NCBI GenBank assembly: GCA_963785725.1
Contig: CAWAWS010000003.1
Coordinates: 480,001 to 544,000, forward strand
DNA from: an uncultured delta proteobacterium
Lineage (GTDB): Bacteria > Myxococcota_A > Polyangia > Palsa-1104
Length of the DNA stretch: 64,000 nt
Direction: 5' to 3'
Shown here: positions 17,101-25,629 of the stretch, piece after piece
Position numbering within the stretch: the stretch's first letter is position 1
Layout: each line of letters begins with the position of its first letter
The notes under the pieces: model-generated
Told to the model about the DNA's origin: nothing
What the model saw: the letters and a program-made list of their open reading frames with translations, nothing else
Database searches by the model: none
Made by a program: the position numbers and the translations under genes

Positions 17101-17746
17101 AGCGCTCCACGTCTTCGGCGTAGCGACGGGCGACGAGCGCGCGCGCGCGCGGCCCGTAATATTGCGTGTAGTGACCGTGCTTGGTGCGGTTGAGGAACGG
17201 CAGCTCGATGGCGGGAAAGCCGGCGCGTTGGCAGATGTGCTGCCAGTCTTCGCTGACGCGCTCGATGCGTCCCAAGAAGTCGGGCAGCCAGCGGCCGGCA
17301 TCGTCGCGAAAGAAGCTGCACTGCGAGCGCAAGTGAACATCCAACAGCGCGTCTTCGCTGTGCGCGACCACTTCGACGAAGTCGTCGAACGTCATCTCGA
17401 GGCGAAAACGGCCGTCCTGCTGGAACCAGGGCGGCAGCGCGACCAGCCCTTTTTCACGATTGTCCGTGAAGGTGAACGCGTACGCCGACAAGAGCCGCGC
17501 CCACGGATTGCGCACGAAGCCGAAGCGAAAATGATCGGTGAGCGCATGGACGGCCATCTTGTCGAAGCCGGGAATCTCGGTCTTGAAGCGGTGCCGCGCC
17601 GGCCCGTCGCCGCGTTCGCTGATCGGGTGGCCGGCGAGCTTGGCCGCGACATAGGCGAGCGAGGTCGACGCCACCTTGGTCTGCGCGAGCAGCAGCGCGC
17701 GATACGGCGGAATGATCACGATGCCGTTGTAGGGCTGCATGCTCAT
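17084..17746 (-). CDS. Sulfotransferase family 2 protein
   Basis: TKVASTSL, FGFVRNPWARLLSAY, HLRSQ, DFLGRIE, YAEDVERFNYRF. Confidence 0.8.
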   Translation of the reverse strand: MSMQPYNGIVIIPPYRALLLAQTKVASTSLAYVAAKLAGHPISERGDGPARHRFKTEIPGFDKMAVHALTDHFRFGFVRNPWARLLSAYAFTFTDNREKGLVALPPWFQQDGRFRLEMTFDDFVEVVAHSEDALLDVHLRSQCSFFRDDAGRWLPDFLGRIERVSEDWQHICQRAGFPAIELPFLNRTKHGHYTQYYGPRARALVARRYAEDVERFNYRF

Positions 17747-17910
17747 GGTCGCGCCCACGATTTCACGAAGACAACGCCCTCGCAAGCCGCGCCTCCGCTG
17801 ACGGCGCCCGCTCGGGCACGACACTTTTGCCGGCGTTGCCGAGTCGGTGTCGCATCGAACCGCTCAAGTCGTCACGGCTGGGGCCGATGGACTAGAAGAG
17901 GGGGCATATC

Positions 17911-19008
17911 GTGGCGGTCGTGTACGTCGTGGCTGACGAGCCCACAAACCGTGAGCTCGTCGGGGCGTGCCTGACTGGAGACGGCCATACGCTGGTCGAG
18001 TTTGCGCGGGGAGACGATGCCGTAGCGGCGTGCGACTCGCAGCCTCCCGATCTGGTGCTGCTGGACCTCGTGATGCCCGGCCTAGAGGGCATTGGGACGG
18101 TCGAGCGGCTCAAGCGGCGGCACGGCCCCTTCCTTCCCGTCATCGTGGTGTCGGCGCTCAACGACACCGAATCGCGACGACAGTCACTTCTGGCCGGCGC
18201 CGACGACTTTCTCCTCCAGCCGTTCGACGCGCCAGAGCTCATCATTCGCGTGCGCAATCAGCTGGCGCGGCGGCAGAGCTCGATCGAGCAGCTGGCGCTC
18301 AAAGCCGAGCTGCTCGAGCTGCGGCGCTTCCGCACCGCGATGGCGCAGACGATCGTGCACGATCTGAGGAATCCGTCCTGCGCCGTCTTGGCCAGCATCG
18401 ACTACGTCCTCGAGGAGTGGAGCACGCTCCCGGGAGAAGTCGTCGAGGCGCTGCAAGACGCACAGAAGGCCTCGCATCGCGTCGGCGAGCTCTTGAGCAA
18501 CTTGGCAGACATGACGCGCATCGAAGAGGGGCAGCTCCAGCTCGTGCGCAAGCAGGTGGCCTCCGACGATCTGCTGCGCGAGCTGGCGGCGCCGCGGGAG
18601 TGCGAGGCGCGCCGGCGAAAGATCGAAATTACGTATGGCGTCGCGTCCGGCGCCGAGCAGCTCGACATCGACCGCAGCCTGTTCATGCGCATGATCGAGA
18701 ACCTGCTCGACAACGCCATTCGCTACACGCCGCCCAAAGGCCGCATCTCGGTCAGCATCCGGCGCGCCGATTCGGGCATGCGAATCGAAGTGGGCAACAG
18801 CGGTGCGCCGGCGCCCGATTGCGTTCGCACCGTCGTGTTCGACAAGCTCGGCCAGACAGACGGCGACTCGGGACGCATGAACCTCGGGCTCGGACTCCAC
18901 TTTTCCCGGCGCGCCGTCGAAGCGCACGGCGGCCGCATCTGGGTCGAGGAGCGCCCCGAGCTCTCCACGGTCTTCTGCATCGACCTCCCCGACACCGCAC
19001 ATGCGTGA
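17911..19008 (+). CDS. Hybrid response regulator / histidine kinase
   Basis: Receiver DLVLLDLVMPG; H-box IVHDLRNP; NLLDNAIRY; GLGLHFSR. Confidence 0.9.
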   Translation: MAVVYVVADEPTNRELVGACLTGDGHTLVEFARGDDAVAACDSQPPDLVLLDLVMPGLEGIGTVERLKRRHGPFLPVIVVSALNDTESRRQSLLAGADDFLLQPFDAPELIIRVRNQLARRQSSIEQLALKAELLELRRFRTAMAQTIVHDLRNPSCAVLASIDYVLEEWSTLPGEVVEALQDAQKASHRVGELLSNLADMTRIEEGQLQLVRKQVASDDLLRELAAPRECEARRRKIEITYGVASGAEQLDIDRSLFMRMIENLLDNAIRYTPPKGRISVSIRRADSGMRIEVGNSGAPAPDCVRTVVFDKLGQTDGDSGRMNLGLGLHFSRRAVEAHGGRIWVEERPELSTVFCIDLPDTAHA

Positions 19009-20434
19009 GCCCACGCGGCGCGTGCTCATCGTCGACGACAATCGGGCCATCCACGCAGACTTCCGCGAGATGCTCGCCAGCTTCGAGACGCCGAACGCGC
19101 TCGACGAGCCGGAGAGGCCGAGGTCCGCGCCGGCAGGCGGCGACGTGACGGCGGATCCCTACGAGATCGACTCGGCCTTCCAAGGCGAAGAGGCGCTGGC
19201 GATGGTCCGTGCAGCCCTGGCCGCCGGTCGCCCCTATGCGGTCGCGTTCGTGGACATGAGCCTGCCGGCCGGTTGGGACGGCTTCGAGACCATCCGTCAC
19301 ATTCGCAGCGTCGACGCGTCGCTGCAGCTGGTTCTCTGCTCGGGTTTCTCCGGTCATTCATGGAGTGAGATCGCGCAGAGGCTCGATCGCTCGGACGGCC
19401 TCTTGATCCTCAAGAAGCCGTTCGACTACATCGAAGCGGTGCAGCTCGCCAGCACGCTGACGCGCAAGTGGACCTTGCACCGCGAGCTGCAGCAGCGAAT
19501 GGAATATCTCGAGGCGACGGTGCAGGGCCGCACGGCCGAGCTCGAGCGGTCCAATCGGGCGCTGCTTCAGACGATCTACGAACGGCAGCGCATCGAGGGC
19601 GAGCTGCGCCTGGCGCAAAAGCTGGAAGCGGTCGGCCGCCTCGCCTCGGGCATCGCTCACGAGATCAACTCGCCGGTGCAGTTCGCCAGCGACAGCATCG
19701 CCTTCGTCCGCGACGTCCTCGGCAACCTCTGGGGCCTGCACGATCGCTACCGCAAGCTGGTCCCCTTCTTGGCGACGCACACCGAGCTGCAGCCGCTGCT
19801 GGCGGAGCTGCTCGAAGCCGAGGAGCGCGCCGACGTCGACTACGCGAGTGAACAGGTGCCCAAGGCGATCGACCGCGCGCTGCTCGGCCTCGATCGTATC
19901 GCCACGCTGGTGCGGTCGCTCAAGCGCTTTGCCGAGCCCGACACGGGCGCGAAGGCGCCGGCCGATCTGAACGAGGCGATCGCCAGCACGCTGATCATCG
20001 CCCACAACGAATACAAATATGTCGCCGACCTCGACACCGACTACGGAGTGCTGCCGCCGGTCTCGTGCCACATTGGCGAGATCAATCAGGTGGTGTTGAG
20101 CGTCCTCATCAATGCCGCCCACGCGGTCGCCGACGTCGTCGACGGCAGCGACAGTCGCGGCCGCATCTCGTTGTCGACGCGCGCCGGCGCCGAGGACGTC
20201 GTCATCGCCGTCTCCGACACGGGCGCCGGTATCGCTCCTGCCATTCGCGACAAGATCTTCGATCCCTTCTTCAGCACCAAAGACGTGGGCCGGGGCAGCG
20301 GGCAGAGCCTGGCCATGGCGCGCGCGGTGGTCGTCGAGAAGCACGGCGGCAGCATCAGCTTCGAGACCGCGGAAGGGCGAGGCACCACGTTCTTCATCCG
20401 CCTGCCCATCCGTACCGCCACAGGCTCGGAATGA
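19001..20434 (+). CDS. Hybrid response regulator / histidine kinase
   Basis: LIVDDN..FVDMSLP..KKPFD; IAHEINSP; FDPFFSTKDVGRGSG. Confidence 0.9.
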   Translation: MREPTRRVLIVDDNRAIHADFREMLASFETPNALDEPERPRSAPAGGDVTADPYEIDSAFQGEEALAMVRAALAAGRPYAVAFVDMSLPAGWDGFETIRHIRSVDASLQLVLCSGFSGHSWSEIAQRLDRSDGLLILKKPFDYIEAVQLASTLTRKWTLHRELQQRMEYLEATVQGRTAELERSNRALLQTIYERQRIEGELRLAQKLEAVGRLASGIAHEINSPVQFASDSIAFVRDVLGNLWGLHDRYRKLVPFLATHTELQPLLAELLEAEERADVDYASEQVPKAIDRALLGLDRIATLVRSLKRFAEPDTGAKAPADLNEAIASTLIIAHNEYKYVADLDTDYGVLPPVSCHIGEINQVVLSVLINAAHAVADVVDGSDSRGRISLSTRAGAEDVVIAVSDTGAGIAPAIRDKIFDPFFSTKDVGRGSGQSLAMARAVVVEKHGGSISFETAEGRGTTFFIRLPIRTATGSE

Positions 20435-21555
20435 AGCACATCCTCTTCGTCGACGACGATGAAAACGTGTTGGCCGGCCTGCGCAATCGGCTGCGTCCAC
20501 AGCGGGCGCGTTGGGAGCTGAAGTTCGTGCAGAGCGGCTACGAAGCGCTGGAGGAGCTCGAGCTGACGCCCTTCGACGTCGTCATCTCCGACATGCGCAT
20601 GCCGGGCATGGGCGGCCCCGAGCTACTGGCGCGGGTCAAGGAGCGCTATCCGGACGTCGCCCGCATCGTCTTGTCCGGCGAGGCCGATCGCGAGGCGGTC
20701 CTGCGCGCGCGGCCCATTGCACATCAGTTCCTGACCAAGCCTTGCGACGGCAACGTGCTGCGCTTGGTCATCGAGCGCGCGTGCGCGCTGCGCGCGATCC
20801 TGTGTGACGATGGGCTGCGTGGCCTCATCGGCCGGCTCGATCCGCTGCCGTCACCGCCGCCGCTGTATCGGGAGCTGGCGCAAGCGGCGCGGGCAGCGCA
20901 CGCCGACGGCGCCGAGCTGTGGCGCATGCTCGAGGCCGATGCCGGCCTGAGCGCGGCGGTGACCCGGCTGGCGAGCGATGCCGGGTTGGACAGCCCGCCG
21001 GCGCTCACGCCCGAGCTCCTGCAGTGCTTGACGCTGGCGGCGGCGCTGTTCGCGCTCACCGCAGGCAATCCGTCGCTGGTCGAGCTGCCCGCGCGTGCCG
21101 TTCGGGCGGCGCGGATCGCCCGCCGCCTGGTCGCCGATCGGCGCCAGGCCGACGGCGCCTTTGCGGCGGCGCTGTTGCGCGAGCTCGGCCAGATCATCCT
21201 GAGCCAGGCGCTGCCCGAGCGCGCCCGCCTGGTCGACCCGTTGTCCGTCGCGAGCGACGACGGCTCGCAGCAGCGCCAGCGCACGCAGTTGGACACGACC
21301 GTGACCGATCTGAGCGCGTACTGCGCGAGCCAGTGGAGCATCTCGCCGGCGGTGGTCGAGGCCGTGGCCTTCCTTCATCGTGCGGACCTGAGCGCGATCG
21401 CGGGCTCGGAGCTGCTGACCGCGGTGCAGGTGGCCGACGCGCTGGTGGCGACCTCCGATCCGGCGGCGCGCGACGCCATCCTGAGCGCACGTGCGGGAGA
21501 CGCCCTGTCACGCTGGAGCGAGATCGTGGCCGAGGAGCTGGGAACCAAGTCGTGA
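20431..21555 (+). CDS. Response regulator with HDOD-like domain
   Basis: MKHILFVDDDENVL..ISDMRMPGM..LTKPC; LPSPPPLY..W..SPAVVEAVAFLH. Confidence 0.85.
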   Translation: MKHILFVDDDENVLAGLRNRLRPQRARWELKFVQSGYEALEELELTPFDVVISDMRMPGMGGPELLARVKERYPDVARIVLSGEADREAVLRARPIAHQFLTKPCDGNVLRLVIERACALRAILCDDGLRGLIGRLDPLPSPPPLYRELAQAARAAHADGAELWRMLEADAGLSAAVTRLASDAGLDSPPALTPELLQCLTLAAALFALTAGNPSLVELPARAVRAARIARRLVADRRQADGAFAAALLRELGQIILSQALPERARLVDPLSVASDDGSQQRQRTQLDTTVTDLSAYCASQWSISPAVVEAVAFLHRADLSAIAGSELLTAVQVADALVATSDPAARDAILSARAGDALSRWSEIVAEELGTKS

Positions 21556-22709
21556 GCCCGTCAGCGAGCCACAAACCGGCGCAGATCCTCTGCGTCGACG
21601 ACGATCGCAACGTCCTCGAAGGGCTGGCGCTGCACTTGCGCCGCCACTACGACCTCTTGACGGCGGAGAGCGGCGCCGCGGGTCTCGAGCTGTTGCGCAC
21701 GAACCCGTCGTGCGCCGTCGTCATTTCCGACATGCGCATGCCCAAGATGGACGGCGCCGCGTTCTTGGCGCGCGCCCACACCGTCGCGCCGGACGCGGTG
21801 CGCATGCTCTTGACCGGCCAGGCGGACCTCAATGCCGCCATCTCCGCCATCAACGAGGGGCGCATCTTCCGCCTGCTCACCAAGCCCAGCCCGCCGGAGC
21901 TCGTCCGCTCGGCCATCGAGGCGGCGATCGAGCAGCACCGGCTCATCACCGATCAAAAGGTGCTGCTGCAGCGCACGCTGCACGGCAGCATCGAGGCGCT
22001 GGCCAACGTCCTCGCCCTGACGAATCCGGTCTCATTCGGCCGCGCGACGCGGATCCGCCGGCTCGTGAGCGCGCTCGCCGAGAAAGTCGGGCTGGCGGAG
22101 CGCTGGGCGGTCGAGGTCGCCGCCACGCTGTCGCAGCTCGGCTATCTCACGCTGCCGATCGAGACCGCCGAGAACGTGCAGCGCGGGCGGGCGCTGTCGG
22201 AGCGCGAGCGCGCGATGGTCGAGGGTGTTCCCGACGTCACCGAGCAGCTGCTGGCGCATATCCCGCGACTGGAGATCGTGCGCAGCATCCTGGCGCTGGC
22301 CGGCAAGCCGCAGCGCTGGGGCCAAGCCGGCGACAGCAGCGAGCGCCAGATGATCGAGCGCAGCGCCCAGCTCTTGCGCATCGCCATCGAGTTCGACGTG
22401 CTCGAGACCAGCGGCGAGCCGCCGGCGACGGCGCTGGACGTGCTGCGTGGCCGCGGCACCCCCTACGATCCGGCGACGATCGCCGCGCTGGTGGCGCTGC
22501 ACGGCGCCGACGCGCCGCCGCACGAGCTGCGCGAGCTGCAAGTGGCGTCGCTGCGCATCGGCATGGTGCTGGCGGCCGACCTCTACTTCACCAACGGGCT
22601 GTTGCTGGTGGCGCGCGGCTACGAGGTCACGGCCGGCTTTCTCGCGCGCGTGGGCAACTATCCGTCCAAGACGGTCCGCGAGCCGGTACGCGTCGTCGTC
22701 TCGCGGTAG
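21552..22709 (+). CDS. Response regulator with HD-like output domain
   Basis: ILCVDDDRNVLEG..ISDMRMPKMDG..AINEGRIFRLLTKP; IPRLEIVRSI; YDPATI. Confidence 0.85.
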   Translation: MSPSASHKPAQILCVDDDRNVLEGLALHLRRHYDLLTAESGAAGLELLRTNPSCAVVISDMRMPKMDGAAFLARAHTVAPDAVRMLLTGQADLNAAISAINEGRIFRLLTKPSPPELVRSAIEAAIEQHRLITDQKVLLQRTLHGSIEALANVLALTNPVSFGRATRIRRLVSALAEKVGLAERWAVEVAATLSQLGYLTLPIETAENVQRGRALSERERAMVEGVPDVTEQLLAHIPRLEIVRSILALAGKPQRWGQAGDSSERQMIERSAQLLRIAIEFDVLETSGEPPATALDVLRGRGTPYDPATIAALVALHGADAPPHELRELQVASLRIGMVLAADLYFTNGLLLVARGYEVTAGFLARVGNYPSKTVREPVRVVVSR

Positions 22710-22789
22710 CCGCGCGACGAGCTGGAATCGATGTTGCCGTCGACACGATTGTCCCTCACGCCGGCGGCTCCGACGTCGATGGTACTAGC

Positions 22790-23206
22790 ATGAGAAGAGC
22801 CCGAGTCTTGATCGTCGACGACGAGCCGGTCGTATGCAACGGCATCGCGCGGCTGCTGCGCAGCCAGTTCGAGGTGGTCGTGGCCAACAGCGGCGAAGAG
22901 GCGCTCTTGCTCATCGAGGAAAAAGAGAGCTTCCACGTCATCATCTGCGACGTTCAGATGGCGCGCATCGACGGGCCGAGCTTTCGCGACTCGGTACGGC
23001 GCGTGGCGCCGCATCTGGCGGACCGCATCATCTTCTTGACCGGCTGCGAAGACGCGAAGCTGCGCGGGCGGATCGAGGATCACTTGGTGCTGTCGAAGCC
23101 CTTCGATTCGGGCGATCTCAAAGAGCTGGTCAATCGTGTGGCCACGGCGGCGAAAAAGGGCTATTTCCCACGTCGAAGCCGCACGCCGCCAACGAGCGTG
23201 CGGTAG
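22790..23206 (+). CDS. Single-domain response regulator
   Basis: VLIVDDEP..ICDVQM..FLTG..LSKPF. Confidence 0.85.
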   Translation: MRRARVLIVDDEPVVCNGIARLLRSQFEVVVANSGEEALLLIEEKESFHVIICDVQMARIDGPSFRDSVRRVAPHLADRIIFLTGCEDAKLRGRIEDHLVLSKPFDSGDLKELVNRVATAAKKGYFPRRSRTPPTSVR

Positions 23207-23301
23207 CGCGGCTCGCGCCGGCAATCCTCAGGCTCGACGCCTGCCCGCCGCTCGACGGAGGCACGCGAAGCCACCCCGAGGCACGACCCCGAGCGCGGCC
23301 A

Positions 23302-25341
23302 TCATAGATAACGCTGTACGATGGCGCGCAGGTTGACCGAGTCGAACGGCTTCTCGATGTGCTCGAGCGCCGTCTGCGACAGGAACGCGCGCGCCGCCGC
23401 CGTGAAGGCGCCTCCGGTCAAGAAGATGGTCCGCGTCGCCTGCTCTGGAGCCACGCGCACGAGCTCGCGGTGAAAGTCCATCCCCGTCATCTCCGGCATC
23501 ATCAGGTCGCACAGAATGAGATCGAATCGCTCGCCGCCGGCGCAGCGCGCCAACGCCTCGCTCGCGACGACGGTCGCCACGACCTCGTGATCGCGGGCCA
23601 GGATGCGCGTCACACTGCGCAGCACCACCTCTTCATCGTCGACGATCAGAATACGCCCGCGACGGCCGGCGATCTCGGTCGGCTTGACCGGCGCCGCGTC
23701 GCTGTGGCACGTGCCCGCCACCGCGAGTGAAACCAAGAATGACGTGCCCTTGCCCTGCTCGCTCTGGACCGTCAGCTCGCCGCCGAGGTCGGTCACGATT
23801 CTCTGGCAAATGGCGAGGCCGAGCCCGGTGCCTTGCCCCACCGCCTTGGTGGTGAAGAACGGATCGAAGATCCGGCCGATGATCGCCGGTGAAATCCCCG
23901 GGCCGTTGTCGTTCACCTCGATGACGACGCGCTCGCCCTCGAGCCTGGTGATCACACGAATCTCGTTGTGCTCGGCCCGCCCCTCTTGCATCGCCTGGGC
24001 GGCGTTGACGACCAGGTTGAGGAACACCTGCCCCAGTCGGGCCTCGTTGGCAGCGACTGCGGGCACGCGGCCGTAGAGCTTGACCAGCCGCGCGCGATGA
24101 CGAATCTCATTCCAGGCCATGCGCAGCGACGACTCCATGATCGCCTGCACGTCGACCGGAGCCTTGATCTCTTCGGCTTCCGAGCGCGAAAAGATCTTCA
24201 AATCGCGGACGATGAAGCGCACTCGCGTGGCCGCCTCGCGGGCGTCATCGAGCGGCCCCTTGACCTCTTCGGCGAGCCAGGCCTCGTTGCGCCCCCGTCC
24301 ACTCCACGCCCCGTCGCCGCTGATCACGCGTGCCAGGCTCTCGGCGATGTAGTCGAGGTTGGCGATCACCGCGGCCAACGGATTGTTGATCTCGTGCGCG
24401 ACACCCGCGGCCAGCGTCCCAACCGAGGCCATGCGATCGCTGACCATCAGCTGCGCGTGCAGCTTCTTGCGCTCGGTGACGTCGCGGACCACACCGAGAT
24501 GCCCCGGCGGCCCACCGGCGCCGTCGAGCAGCTCGGTGCCGGCAATATTGACCGAGATCTCGGTCCCATTCTTGTGACGCAGCGACGCATCGATGGTGGC
24601 GAACGACGACTTGAGCTGTTGCTTCGCGTTGCCAATCGTCTCCGGGCTCATGAATCCAATGAGCCCCTGCGCAATCAGCTCCTCGGACGTATAACCCAGC
24701 ATCTCGCTCAGGCGCCGGTTGACGAAGACGATGTGGCCGGCGTCGTCGAGCTTGAAGATGCCGTCGCTGGTGGCCTCGACGATCTGCCGATACTGATCCT
24801 CGCTCTTGCGCAGCGCAACCTCGGCATCACGGGTGCCGCTCTTGTCGGTCAGCATGCCGAGCACGCCGGTGACCTTCCCATCGCCGTCGAGGATGGGGGT
24901 GGTCCTCACCAAGCCCCACAATATGGAGCCGTCGCCGCGCCGGATCTCGACCTCGCTCTCGTCCGAAAGTCCCTGACGCGCGCGCTCGATTCGCAGCTCC
25001 GATTTCGGCCTCGCCGATTCGGGCAGGAACTCGAACAGCCTGCGGCCGAGCATCTGCTGTCCCGAATAGCCCAACATCTCGGTCAGCCGGCGATTGACGA
25101 AGGTGAGCCGAGCATCGATATCGACGGTCCAGATTCCTTCGTTCGAGGTCTCGACGATGCCGCGATAGCGCGCCTCGCTCGCGCGCAGCGCGTCTTGGGC
25201 CTTGGCGACGAGGAGCGGCGTCTGGCTCTTGACGTCGAACACGGCGTCGACCTGTCCCGCCAGCAGCGCCTCGATGATGGCTTTGGCATCGGCGAGCTGC
25301 TGCTCCAAGTCGCGCTCGGCGGCGGGGATGGTCGCGCTCAC
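23302..25341 (-). CDS. PAS-PAS histidine kinase with C-terminal receiver (kaiBC-associated)
   Basis: Two PAS domains, VAHEINNPL, DPFFTTKAVGQGTGLGL, C-terminal receiver. Start overlaps the kaiB stop. Confidence 0.9.
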   Translation of the reverse strand: MSATIPAAERDLEQQLADAKAIIEALLAGQVDAVFDVKSQTPLLVAKAQDALRASEARYRGIVETSNEGIWTVDIDARLTFVNRRLTEMLGYSGQQMLGRRLFEFLPESARPKSELRIERARQGLSDESEVEIRRGDGSILWGLVRTTPILDGDGKVTGVLGMLTDKSGTRDAEVALRKSEDQYRQIVEATSDGIFKLDDAGHIVFVNRRLSEMLGYTSEELIAQGLIGFMSPETIGNAKQQLKSSFATIDASLRHKNGTEISVNIAGTELLDGAGGPPGHLGVVRDVTERKKLHAQLMVSDRMASVGTLAAGVAHEINNPLAAVIANLDYIAESLARVISGDGAWSGRGRNEAWLAEEVKGPLDDAREAATRVRFIVRDLKIFSRSEAEEIKAPVDVQAIMESSLRMAWNEIRHRARLVKLYGRVPAVAANEARLGQVFLNLVVNAAQAMQEGRAEHNEIRVITRLEGERVVIEVNDNGPGISPAIIGRIFDPFFTTKAVGQGTGLGLAICQRIVTDLGGELTVQSEQGKGTSFLVSLAVAGTCHSDAAPVKPTEIAGRRGRILIVDDEEVVLRSVTRILARDHEVVATVVASEALARCAGGERFDLILCDLMMPEMTGMDFHRELVRVAPEQATRTIFLTGGAFTAAARAFLSQTALEHIEKPFDSVNLRAIVQRYL

Positions 25342-25628
25342 TGAGCGACCAGCGTCATGAGCACCTGCTTGGCGTCGCTCAGGTTGCCGATGATCCGCTG
25401 CACCGGCAACGGGTTCAGTCTGATCAGCGTGGGAGTCACGACGATTCCGTCAGAGAGCGCACGGAGCGGCTGGTCCAGCAGATCGACCAGCTCGAGATCG
25501 TAGGCGGAGGCGAAGTGCTGCTCGCAGATCGCCCTCGCGTTCGCGACCGCGTGCAAGGAGTTCGGCGCATTGCCGGCGATGTAAAGGCGCAACGCCAGCC
25601 GCGCGCTCGGCGTGCTCACCGCTGCCAT
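25338..25628 (-). CDS. kaiB: KaiB-family protein
   Basis: LRLYIAGNAPNS..YDLELVDL..P..A..DGIVVTPTLIR..PLPVQRIIGNLSD. Confidence 0.9.
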   Translation of the reverse strand: MAAVSTPSARLALRLYIAGNAPNSLHAVANARAICEQHFASAYDLELVDLLDQPLRALSDGIVVTPTLIRLNPLPVQRIIGNLSDAKQVLMTLVAQ

Positions 25629-25629
25629 C

